A DNA stretch of 63,990 nucleotides, counting the filler, from Aduncisulcus paluster (taxonomy: Eukaryota), in NCBI GenBank assembly GCA_024181965.1. It is 5 parts of 5 records of this genome, joined end to end, with 100 filler letters (N's around TTAATTAATTAA, not from the genome) between each part and the next. Parts side by side here need not be neighbours in the genome. Positions count along the whole stretch, not along the records: positions 1 to 12,570 come from BQXS01012656.1; 4 more parts are not named here. One strand, given 5' to 3'. The translations under genes and the position numbers were made by a program. Of the stretch, positions 1 through 9,374 are shown piece by piece (within the stretch, counting starts at the first letter, position 1; every line of letters begins with the position of its first letter). Under the pieces are notes generated by a model, which made no database searches, had not been told where the DNA came from, and saw only the letters and a program-made list of their open reading frames with translations.

Positions 1-2379
1 GGACAGATTCCTTTCATCATGCCTCATTATGATATGGGGAGATCTCCCCATTCCCCTTCCCCAGGTATGGATGGTGCCGGTATGGGTGGAATGGATCAAT
101 CATCCGCTCACATTCCTCTTCCGACCATTCCATTGCCCCTTCCAACGACATCTTCCTCTGGATCTACTGCAGGACTGATCATGCCGCTCAATGCTGTTGT
201 TCAGGGCGGATATTCTCTGTCAGATACCGACAGTGATCGTGTTGGTAAAGAGAAGATGCCAATATCAACTCCTTCCGAACATTCATCCATGCTCTGTTCA
301 TCCCCAGAAGAGCTTCTACAGGCTGACAAGGACCAAATATTACGTTCTTTGACATTTAGAATCAGAGATAGTTGTGTGGTTGATGTCACTGCTTTTTCTT
401 TTTCATCTGAGCAAAAGATGCTATTGCAATATCATACAATCATCAATGTATTCAATCTTACAATGCACTCGCTCCATCTTGCTGGTGTTATCGATGCCAA
501 TTTTGTGAGCTCTTCGGACACGTTCAACAAAGTTGTTAAGAAAATCCAGAAGCTTGTTCATAAGTTGATTGTTGAAGAAGGTGACGATGAAGTGAGTGGG
601 ATGCTTCCATCAACCTTCCCTTCAAATGTCTCCTCAACCTCATCCTCTTTCCAAACAACGTCTTCATCCAAAGCCTCAAAGGCCTCAACACAGCCTTCCA
701 AGATACCCTCACAGAATAGAACTTTCTTGCTCTTTGTACATTGGTACAAGGAATTGACCACTCTTCTATCACGCTCGGTATCTAACCTCAACAAGTTAAT
801 GGCCCAGAAGCTTAAAGATGAGCTCTTGAGTCCTGAGACGCATCATGCTAGTGTTGTTGATAGTGGATCATCATCAAGACCATCCAGCTCTTCACTCACC
901 TTCCCATCAGCTTCCCAAGGATCTACTCTCTCCATTCCTTCCCTTCCCACTCTCCCCATTCCACTTCCAGAGCTGTATATGCCAGATGAGAGCCAGGCTG
1001 GAATGCATTCGAGTGTGTCTCACAGTCTCATTGCCACGAAGAGCAAGAAGGAAACACTTGCCAAATACTTCTCCTCAGAGATTTCCACCTCCATGTCACT
1101 TCCTATCCCGTCTTCTATCCCTCCTCTCCTCTCTTCCGTCAGTGGATCTCACTCCCCTTTCCACTCGGTTTCTGCTCGTTCATCCACCACCGGGTCGTCT
1201 TCTGGTTCCTCTGGCAACCATGTGGTTAACCCACTCCAGACCAGTGAATCCATATCATCCTCCCTCACAATCCTCCAGTACATCCTGATTGTTGTGTGTC
1301 CTGTGCTGCACAAGAGACTCTCAGAGCTTAAAAAGCTGGGTGGGATACTGACATTATCGGCTTCCAGTGCAAAGTGGCAGCTATTCCCTTCAAAGGCGAT
1401 TATCTCTCATCTTGCAGAGGTTCTCAGTGCCATCAATCTTTCTCCTGACCCTCAGAGCAAAGGTTGCTGTTCCCTAGTGGCAAACGGGATGCTTGTTCTT
1501 CCTGCTGGACGTGGTATGGTGAGTCCAGAGTTTTCTATCTCCGATCTCCCAAAAGAGATAATTAGTCTCGCTAAAACTAAACAAAACAGTCACCTTGGCG
1601 CTCATCGATTCGTCTTGAACCTTTGTGGATGCAAGGAATGTGTTGTTGACGACGAAGAGGAAGAACTCGACGAAAAAGATGAAGAAGAGGAAGAGGAACT
1701 AGGAGAAGAGAGAGACAGAGACATTTTGCCCCTTGCTTCAACATCTTCTCCTCGTAGTTTCCGAGACAGATTGAAAGAGGAAGAAGACTCTGGCACCGAT
1801 TCTTCGATACATTCAGCCGTTACAAGAACGAAATCACAAAAAGACAAGAAGAAACATCAACATAAGGATGCTCCTCTTCTTCGTTCCATCTCTTCTCAAT
1901 TCCTCGAGGAGCTTCAACTCATGTCCTGTTCAGTTTTCATGCCCTTGATCTTCCTCGACGTGATCAGAGACCTTGTTCTTAACAGTAGAAAGTATACACA
2001 AGCCCCTTCAACCATCCGTGTGAACCTTTTCAATGACATTATGCTCCATGAACTAGTATTCGAGGTGAGTGATGCTGGTATTGGAATGGATGTTTCTCAC
2101 ATGTCTGATTATATCAAGGCAGGAAGAGGAAGAGAGCACAATCGACGTGGTATGGGAATGGGTCTTGGTCTCACAAAGGTGGCTTTCGTCGTGAAACTGC
2201 TGGAGGGAAAGATGCAAGTTAGCAGTAAGCACGGTGCTGGTACTCGCGTTAGGATTACAATCCCATATCCCAGTGTCACTAAGGAATTGCTAAGGAAACG
2301 CCGGGAAAGCGAGAGCAGTGGAAAGGATCTTGGCGCTGGTAGAAGGGAGAAGAAGAGATCAATTGAAAGGGTATTCTAA
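1..2379 (+). CDS. Histidine kinase-like ATPase (HATPase_c/GHKL) domain protein, 5'-partial, with long Ser-rich insertions
   Basis: Frame is open from base 1. C-terminal boxes: N (DVIRDLVLNSRKYT), G1 (EVSDAGIGM), G2 (GMGMGLGLT) and G3 (SKHGAGTRVRITIP). Possible H-box LLQYHTIINVFN near nt 433. No receiver domain before the stop. Confidence 0.8.
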   Translation, partial: GQIPFIMPHYDMGRSPHSPSPGMDGAGMGGMDQSSAHIPLPTIPLPLPTTSSSGSTAGLIMPLNAVVQGGYSLSDTDSDRVGKEKMPISTPSEHSSMLCSSPEELLQADKDQILRSLTFRIRDSCVVDVTAFSFSSEQKMLLQYHTIINVFNLTMHSLHLAGVIDANFVSSSDTFNKVVKKIQKLVHKLIVEEGDDEVSGMLPSTFPSNVSSTSSSFQTTSSSKASKASTQPSKIPSQNRTFLLFVHWYKELTTLLSRSVSNLNKLMAQKLKDELLSPETHHASVVDSGSSSRPSSSSLTFPSASQGSTLSIPSLPTLPIPLPELYMPDESQAGMHSSVSHSLIATKSKKETLAKYFSSEISTSMSLPIPSSIPPLLSSVSGSHSPFHSVSARSSTTGSSSGSSGNHVVNPLQTSESISSSLTILQYILIVVCPVLHKRLSELKKLGGILTLSASSAKWQLFPSKAIISHLAEVLSAINLSPDPQSKGCCSLVANGMLVLPAGRGMVSPEFSISDLPKEIISLAKTKQNSHLGAHRFVLNLCGCKECVVDDEEEELDEKDEEEEEELGEERDRDILPLASTSSPRSFRDRLKEEEDSGTDSSIHSAVTRTKSQKDKKKHQHKDAPLLRSISSQFLEELQLMSCSVFMPLIFLDVIRDLVLNSRKYTQAPSTIRVNLFNDIMLHELVFEVSDAGIGMDVSHMSDYIKAGRGREHNRRGMGMGLGLTKVAFVVKLLEGKMQVSSKHGAGTRVRITIPYPSVTKELLRKRRESESSGKDLGAGRREKKRSIERVF

Positions 2380-3355
2380 TTCTAAAATATCTCTTCCAAT
2401 CCCTCTTTCTCATGCGAATGAAGATGGATTAAACTGATTGTGTATTAAAATAATACTTTCTACCGAAAATGAGAAGGGATTTTTGTTTATTTCTCAATTC
2501 TTAGTGAAATGTGCTTTCCAAAAGTGTATTTATTGTTGGATTTCTGCTGAAATTAAGATTAATTGAGAAAATTCTTGAATCTACAATCATCTATGCTACC
2601 AGTTCTCATTCTGTTTCTCAATTCCTATTATTAGAAGAACTCTCCTCAATATACCTGGTTGAATACGTTTGTGGATCTAATGCTGCTTTGATGTTGTCGA
2701 TACTTTAACTTTTATTCAATGAGATTTGTATTAATAATGTTTAAAATCTTGCAACACTTTGATTTTTCTCTCTAAAAAACTTGATTCTAATTTCCATTGA
2801 AAATTCCAAATCAAATTTGAATTCTGAATGAATCATGTAGAGTTTTTGTTGAGTTCACATTAGAATTTATCACAGTGTGAGTTACAAGGTTTTGAATTCC
2901 TAATAAAATCAGTTATCAGCTCAATCATTTTTGTAACCAAGTTCTCAAAATAGATCTAGCAAAATTTTATACTCCTTTTTCAATTTGCCAACCTGATCCA
3001 ATGAGGAACAAAAATAATTCCTCAAGAAATTCCTTCTTATTTTGAAAAGATCTTAAGCTCAACACGACCATGTATAGGTCAACGTATCACCAAAACTTAT
3101 ACCGACGATAAATTGATATCCACACTGAGATCCATCAATTACACAATATTTTAGATATACAAGGAATATTTGACCTTGATATTCGCAATAATAATAAAGA
3201 GGATATCCATGGTTAATAATAATAAAAATATATTCTGATGTGATATAATGGTATAAATAACTTGATAACGGAATAATTAATATTTCAAGTTGACATCAAT
3301 CGTCGGGAAAACAAAAGAATAATGCGAATTAAGCTTATAAAAAAAGAAGAGATTC

Positions 3356-4441
3356 TCACTTCTTTTCCTCGAGACAAAAGTGATCGAAGACTTCTTTTTC
3401 TATTTCTTTCAACATATCATATACCATTCCTTTCATCATATATTCATGCGATTTCACATCAGATAACTGAGTTTGTTTTTGTTTCTCCATCATAGATGTG
3501 TGATTATGTACGATCTTTAAAACCCTATCCTCAATGGGAGAAGGGGGAAATTCATAAACAGAGATGCTTGTTCGATCTGATTCTTCTTCCTCCTCTTCTT
3601 CCTCAGCTTCTTCTTCAGCTTCCTTTTCTTTGGCTTCAAATGGAATTACTTGTTCGATATCATCTTTGGATTCAGACAATAAGGTCACGCTCGGTTTAGG
3701 CGTATGAGGAATTTCTTGACCATTGACTATTGGCGGCTCAACAACGTCATATTGATGATTAGTGCTAGCACTGACTTTATCATACAGTGGAGTAATCTGT
3801 TGACTTTTTGAAACTTGTTGTGGAGGAGCGGTTGACGCATCAGCAAACTTTGAAGATGAAATACGGATAGTATCTGACTTTATCTTTCGGGGTAAATCAA
3901 TAAATTGGCTTTTAATTGCAGTAACTTTGGGAGATTTTGAGAGGGGAGGAGTTTGAGGAGAATCAAACATGCCATCTTTCTTAATACTCATCGATTCATC
4001 CTTTCTATGAAATTTTAAATCAGGATTATTTCTAAATTCTTCTTGGAGTATTTCCAAAAGCTCGAGAAGATTTCGATTTATCACAGGAGCGGACCTCTGG
4101 CATTCCTCACTCGGATTTCGATGGATCAAATGCCATTTTTTTGTCAAATTTCCATAGTATATACTTTGACTGCCTTCTCTAATCTGTAAACTAAGTCCAA
4201 AATGTTTATAATAGGTATTAACCACTTTCCACAAGATTTTGGACAATTTTTCGGGTTTTAAAACCTTTTGAAATTGAATACATTCAAATTCAACAAATTC
4301 AATTTTTTTGAGAGATTTTTTTTTGTCTAAAAATGCTTCTAACTTCTTTAAGTTAAGTTCTCCTTTATCTGTTTGTTTTCTCATGGGTGAGTCGCCAAGA
4401 GAAAGGGAATGTTCAATTTGACTTAAAGGCAACGATGACAT
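3356..4441 (-). CDS. Hypothetical protein (about 361 aa)
   Basis: Long ORF between AT-rich spacers; first ATG at 4441; acidic tract near the C-terminus; no recognisable domain. Confidence 0.6.
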   Translation of the reverse strand: MSSLPLSQIEHSLSLGDSPMRKQTDKGELNLKKLEAFLDKKKSLKKIEFVEFECIQFQKVLKPEKLSKILWKVVNTYYKHFGLSLQIREGSQSIYYGNLTKKWHLIHRNPSEECQRSAPVINRNLLELLEILQEEFRNNPDLKFHRKDESMSIKKDGMFDSPQTPPLSKSPKVTAIKSQFIDLPRKIKSDTIRISSSKFADASTAPPQQVSKSQQITPLYDKVSASTNHQYDVVEPPIVNGQEIPHTPKPSVTLLSESKDDIEQVIPFEAKEKEAEEEAEEEEEEEESDRTSISVYEFPPSPIEDRVLKIVHNHTSMMEKQKQTQLSDVKSHEYMMKGMVYDMLKEIEKEVFDHFCLEEKK

Positions 4442-4866
4442 TAAATAATATTCTTCCAATCTTGGACAACTTTGAAATTTCTCATCGTTGAAATGAGAGT
4501 GGCAAAGCAAATTGAATCACAATTTTAAAACTAAAAATTGTTAATTAAATATTCATTGGATTATGTGCAATTCATTATTAAACTTGAAAAAGAATGATTT
4601 CCAGGTCTACAATAATTTTTTGTTTTGGGCTGATTAGGAGTTTATTTCGTGACTAGATACAATAATTTTCAATTAAAAATGATTAGAATAATACGTTTCG
4701 AGATAATATACATATATTAAAACACAAACGTTAAGAAACACAATTTTACTCTAATTTTGTCTCGTCAAAACTGAATATTAAGTGATTATGGGTCAAGATA
4801 TATCACGGCACACAATAAAGAAATAGTTTCTTCTTCAATTATCCAAGAAATTTATAAAACCCCGAA

Positions 4867-7305
4867 CTATTCAATTGATAAGCACTCATCAATACTTTGT
4901 TCCTCGTCATCGGAAAGATCAACAATCTCTCCCCCATCGCCCTCTCTCATCTTCTCCATACTTTTCTTAATCAGTTCCATCTTCGCTTGTCTCTCTTGCT
5001 CCAACTTCTCCAGTCTTTCTTTCTCTTCCTTCTTCTTCTCTTCAACAACCTTCCTTTCCTCGACTGAAAGCAAACGAACGAGGACATCATCAACGGCATT
5101 GGGCTGAATGTCGAGGTCAATCTCAACAGGTTCACCGTTTGTTGAAGGCAATGTCATCGATAACAAGAGTTTACAGGGAACTGCAACCATTCGTGATGAT
5201 TCCTCACCACTTTTGCTCTCAAGATCTTCTTCTCCTTCTTCTCCTTCTTCTTCTTTCATCAGTGCATCTAAAGAATCCTCAGACTCCTCTTCCTCAACCA
5301 ATTCACACCCCCATGTCTTTGTATCCTCATTGAATGTACACAAACCACACCATGAAGTTCCTGATTCATTCATAACAGTCCATTCATAAGGATCAGTCTG
5401 GGACAATGATCCATGTTGTTCAGAGCCAGATACAGCGGTGACCACGCGACACATTAGATCATATATATCAACGTTGTGAGGAATAGGAGCAGAGAAAAGA
5501 GAAGAAGAGGGAGAAAGAGAGCCATCTGAGGGAGTTGGCATATGAATGGCACATAGAGCCACGATAAGATCACTGCCACATACAGAGCACCCTATTTTCC
5601 TTTGCCCACGATCACGGAAGAGAGGAAAAGAAGAAGAGGAAGAGGAAAGGAAGGTGGAAGGAAAGGTAAGCAATGAAGAATCACTGTGACCTTCCCAATC
5701 AATTCTTGTAATTGAAGAAGCTCCGTCGTGCAGTAAAGGATTTCCTTCAATCCTGCCCATTGAGCAGACACACTCACATATGTTGCACACACAAATGCCA
5801 CCAACAATGGCATTGGTTGAAGCTATGCTGGGGACAATCTTACTAACGAGACTAATGGTGTAAAAGGGTGATTTGGGGGATATGTGGAAGATGATTGAAC
5901 GCAACGAGGAGAAAGCACACGCGAGCATAACGGATAATGGATGGTCCTTGGTGAGTTCTTCTGGAAAAGGTTCTGCTTTAAGCGACACAAGAAGAGGATC
6001 AGAAGATGCTATCAACGGATATGTGGGAGAAGTAGGTTCTTTTTCTTCCGGCATTCTTGAATGAATACGGTCTGTAGATATGATTATAAGACAACGAAGG
6101 ATAATGGATGCGGCAGATTCCTGGGAAAGGATAGCCAAGGGGGAGGGAATATCTGAAGGGAGGAGAAACTCCGAAAGGTCACAAGATGCATGTGGCTTTG
6201 CTTGTTTATCCGTTGAGACAGCTGGATGATCAGCGTGTCNNNNNNNNNNNNNNNNNNNNACAAGAAGAGGATCAGAAGATGCTATCAACGGATATGTGGG
6301 AGAAGTAGGTTCTTTTTCTTCCGGCATTCTTGAATGAATACGGTCTGTAGATATGATTATAAGACAACGAAGGATAATGGATGCGGCAGATTCCTGGGAA
6401 AGGATAGCCAAGGTGGAGGGAATATCTGAAGGGAGGAGAAACTCCGAAAGGTCACAAGATGCATGTGGCTTTGCTTGTTTATCCGTTGAGACAGCTGGAT
6501 GATCAGCGTGTCGCCGTTTTCCGGGAATTTCAGGGGCAAGAATGAGAGAATGAGGAGATGGAGCATTTGGATCGTGTTCGTGAATATGAATTTGAATATC
6601 TTCATTAAATATCTTATTAAATATTTTAACACTAATAGATATAGCATTCCATTTATCTATATCTTCTTCTTCAATACCTGCAAAATTATAAATATCTTCC
6701 ATAATCTCATTATAAACCATTTTACCCCAAATAGCACAGTGCTTATACTCAGTGGGCTTTGAACGGATGGTACAAACAGGAGGATTTTTATCAGGAATGA
6801 ACTCATTACACGAATAGCAAGATGAATGATATGGGAAAATACGAGAAATATTTCCATTTCTTCCCGATGATCCTGCATCAAATAATGGAACTTTTGCCAG
6901 GACACAGAGCTTATTGACATGTTGACGGGCAGAAATATTGTCGAGAGCATTGATAATGATTGAATACTGTTGGATCTTTGACACAGAGAAAATCTTCAAA
7001 TCTTTAACATTGTGTTGATAGGGAGTCGATTTAATTGATGGGTTGAACCGATGAAGTACATCACAAGCGACTTTAGCTTTGAATTCTCCAACGTCACAAG
7101 GTCTATAGAAAAACTGTCTATTAAGATTGGAAATATCAATGGTATCGAGATCAATAAGATCAATTCTATCCACTGGAGTCGCTAAAAAACTCTTAACGAC
7201 CTCGATCCCAATTCCACCACTTCCAACAACGAGAATACTGGTAGATTTCAGTTTTTTCACCCCATCTTTACCATATAATCTTTCCATAACTGACTCACCC
7301 CTCAT
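4867..7305 (-). CDS. UBA2: SUMO-activating enzyme E1 subunit 2 (UBA2/SAE2-like)
   Basis: GSGGIG loop, DLDTIDISNLNRQF, ALDNISARQHVN, CYSC and CSVC zinc motifs, catalytic PVCTIRSKP..HC, IVPSIASTNAIVGG. 91 codons are artefactual (5987-6239 repeated at 6260-6512 across an N gap), so the true length is about 721 aa. Confidence 0.85.
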   Translation of the reverse strand: MRGESVMERLYGKDGVKKLKSTSILVVGSGGIGIEVVKSFLATPVDRIDLIDLDTIDISNLNRQFFYRPCDVGEFKAKVACDVLHRFNPSIKSTPYQHNVKDLKIFSVSKIQQYSIIINALDNISARQHVNKLCVLAKVPLFDAGSSGRNGNISRIFPYHSSCYSCNEFIPDKNPPVCTIRSKPTEYKHCAIWGKMVYNEIMEDIYNFAGIEEEDIDKWNAISISVKIFNKIFNEDIQIHIHEHDPNAPSPHSLILAPEIPGKRRHADHPAVSTDKQAKPHASCDLSEFLLPSDIPSTLAILSQESAASIILRCLIIISTDRIHSRMPEEKEPTSPTYPLIASSDPLLXXXXXXXXHADHPAVSTDKQAKPHASCDLSEFLLPSDIPSPLAILSQESAASIILRCLIIISTDRIHSRMPEEKEPTSPTYPLIASSDPLLVSLKAEPFPEELTKDHPLSVMLACAFSSLRSIIFHISPKSPFYTISLVSKIVPSIASTNAIVGGICVCNICECVCSMGRIEGNPLLHDGASSITRIDWEGHSDSSLLTFPSTFLSSSSSSFPLFRDRGQRKIGCSVCGSDLIVALCAIHMPTPSDGSLSPSSSLFSAPIPHNVDIYDLMCRVVTAVSGSEQHGSLSQTDPYEWTVMNESGTSWCGLCTFNEDTKTWGCELVEEEESEDSLDALMKEEEGEEGEEDLESKSGEESSRMVAVPCKLLLSMTLPSTNGEPVEIDLDIQPNAVDDVLVRLLSVEERKVVEEKKKEEKERLEKLEQERQAKMELIKKSMEKMREGDGGEIVDLSDDEEQSIDECLSIE

Positions 7306-7396
7306 TTAAAATCAAATAAAAAAATAAAATGTTTCCAAAATGAAGCAAAAATAACGATTTCTACTAAATAGTCCTATTTTATAGATCTTTTATTAT

Positions 7397-7729
7397 TTAC
7401 CACTTAGCTTTGGCCCTGAATTTGGTGTTGTCAGGGAGACCGCACTTACCACCCTTGGGGAAGCTGAGAATGGTGTCACAGTTAGGGCACTTCACAACAG
7501 TAGTGGCGTGGGAGAAGAGGCATGTAATCTGATGACAGCCAGAACACTGAACATCGAGAAACTTGGAGTTGGGCACTTGGACTTCCTTCTTCAACTTGTG
7601 GACCTATTATATTAACGTTAAATCAGTAGTTTGACGGAATCATCGGAAAAAAACGGAAAAAGACAAATAAATGGAATTATATAAGTAATTCTAAATTATA
7701 AATAATAAAAAATGAATATTTCATACCAT
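7397..7729 (-). CDS. RPS27: 40S ribosomal protein eS27, two exons (7729-7727, 7603-7397), 69 aa
   Basis: Spliced product MVHKLKKEVQVPNSKFLDVQCSGC..FSHATTVVKCPNC..PKGGK, with a C4 zinc ribbon. GTATGA..TAG intron directly after the ATG. Confidence 0.93.
7604..7726 (-). other. Spliceosomal intron (123 nt) in RPS27
   Basis: GTATGA donor, AT-rich body, ATAG acceptor; removal joins the ATG in frame to VHKLKK. Confidence 0.85.
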
Positions 7730-8024
7730 TTTATAAGACCTCAAAGCTCGAAAACGACCATAAACTCTCAGCAATTTGGTTGTTTCTCAGAACTAACTAT
7801 TTTTAACTTTCATTAAAGATTATAACGATTGAATATGGATCAACTGCAACATGATATTATATATTCTTTCATATTAGTTTCCATTTTAATTTATTGAATT
7901 GATATTTGATTTGAAATACCCTACGGAACTCGATTGTTTAATTTTGGTTTTAATTGTTGGTGAATTGATCAAATAGTTTTGTATAAATTGTCGTTATTAC
8001 GAATAAATACTGAAAAAAGATATT

Positions 8025-8813
8025 TTATTTCTGAGAGAAATGTTTTAAAGGCATTTCAAACGAATTAACACTGGAGGCGGAATTCCGCTTAATTCCTCTC
8101 TTTTTCCCTCCGTATCCATATCTTTTGTTCTTTTGCATCCTTTTTCTTTTCGCTTCCTCATGGGTTAATCCCTTTTTCCCTCTTCTTTCATCTCCAGATA
8201 CTCCCTTACTAAATCTTGATCTCATTTTCCTTCCAACAAGAGTATTTTTAGGCAAATGTGAAGCAGTTTCCTTTTCAATCTCTTTTTCGGCACGATAAAC
8301 CAATTCACTCAGATCAACACGTTTTCCTTTTTGGGATCTTCTAAGTTCTTTCCATTGTTCAATGGCTTGCTCAGATGCCTTTTTCCTCTGTTGTTTATGT
8401 TTTTCCTTTATACCTTGGAGCTTTTTCCCAAATTTAAGAATTTCTCTCCTCATTCTTTCCTTTCTACCACTCTCGATTCTTTCTTCATCAAGATCTCTTG
8501 GAGCAAAGTCTTTCTTTACCATTTCAGGTTCTTCTTCAAATTCTGGCGGTTTAAATGGCAAATTTATACTATCACATAATTTTTTGGCAGCGGAAACAGA
8601 ACATAACGCTTCTTCCAAACTAACATTGATATCAAAGGAATTAGAGAATAGAAAATGAAAAATATAGAAAATATAAAACATTATAACATACAAAATTTGT
8701 TCTCTTTTCGTGTCATCTTCTGGATCAAACGATTTGCTTTCTTTTGCATCAATGGCTTGGTAGTTGAGAAAATTACTCTTGGATCCAATTAATGTTGCTA
8801 AAACTCTTTCCAT
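8025..8813 (-). CDS. EBP2: rRNA-processing protein EBP2, with a 72-nt intron
   Basis: Splicing gives DDTKREQIFLEEAL, matching the Ebp2 DDxxRExxFYxQAL motif. Also PEMVK, KFGKKLQ, and C-terminal KNKRYGYGGKKRGIKRN. Start ATG 8813 is tentative. Confidence 0.85.
   Translation of the reverse strand: MERVLATLIGSKSNFLNYQAIDAKESKSFDPEDDTKREQILYVIMFYIFYIFHFLFSNSFDINVSLEEALCSVSAAKKLCDSINLPFKPPEFEEEPEMVKKDFAPRDLDEERIESGRKERMRREILKFGKKLQGIKEKHKQQRKKASEQAIEQWKELRRSQKGKRVDLSELVYRAEKEIEKETASHLPKNTLVGRKMRSRFSKGVSGDERRGKKGLTHEEAKRKRMQKNKRYGYGGKKRGIKRNSASSVNSFEMPLKHFSQK
8620..8691 (-). other. In-frame, stop-free spliceosomal intron (72 nt) in EBP2
   Basis: GTATGT donor, T-rich body, CTAAT branch candidate, TTAG acceptor; removal restores the conserved Ebp2 motif. 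Confidence 0.8.
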
Positions 8814-9271
8814 TATACTATTTAAGGACGAATTAATAAGAAAATTGAAAAAAATCAATAGGATACAGACAATCATCGGTAATTGGGAAATCAAAAAAGA
8901 TAATCGAAAATATTAGAATTCAATATCATTGTTTATGAATAAAATATAAAAAATATGAAAAATAAACTTACGTATTACTTTGGATTGAGCCAAAAACAGG
9001 ATGGTTGTTTTTCCATCGTATCTGAAGTTTAAATCGCGAAAATACAATTAATTTAGCTTCATGAAAGAATATTACTTAAGAAAATTTAAAACATATTATA
9101 TTTTCACGAGAATTTGCCTAAGTAAGACTATTTTCTGTCGATGCGCTATTGCTTCATAAATTGGAAAAGAGATCGGATTTTCCATTGTAAAAGGTATCAA
9201 AGAATCGAAATTTGGCCTAATATCTTTTCTTAAATTCTTTTTTAAGCTCAGAAACTTTTTTGTCGGGCTGC

Positions 9272-9336
9272 TTCATAATGCGGCATTATGAATATTTTAT
9301 ATATATTTGATGACAAAAATCTGCGCTTGTGCGAAA
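9272..9336. promoter_or_regulatory. Intergenic palindrome TTCATAATGC-G-GCATTATGAA plus shared motif CAAAAATCTGCGCTTGTGCGAAA
   Basis: Perfect 10-bp-arm inverted repeat (9272-9292). The motif at 9314-9336 recurs at 29201-29223 with 2 mismatches. Function is inferred only. Confidence 0.4.
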
Positions 9337-9374
9337 GAAGTAGTGCACAAAATATTTATTCGTGGTATTTACAC

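Noticed and set aside
5987..6512. Internal tandem duplication in UBA2 (likewise in V-ATPase a, the giant protein, and at 34.7-35.6, 41.1-41.7 and 60.2-60.9 kb)
   Set aside because: Each pair directly flanks a 20-N gap, so these are unmerged contig overlaps.
8966..9016. Upstream EBP2 exon ending at a GTAAGT donor (8971)
   Set aside because: The ATG-initiated frame reaches TAA before the donor; a coding exon cannot be supported.
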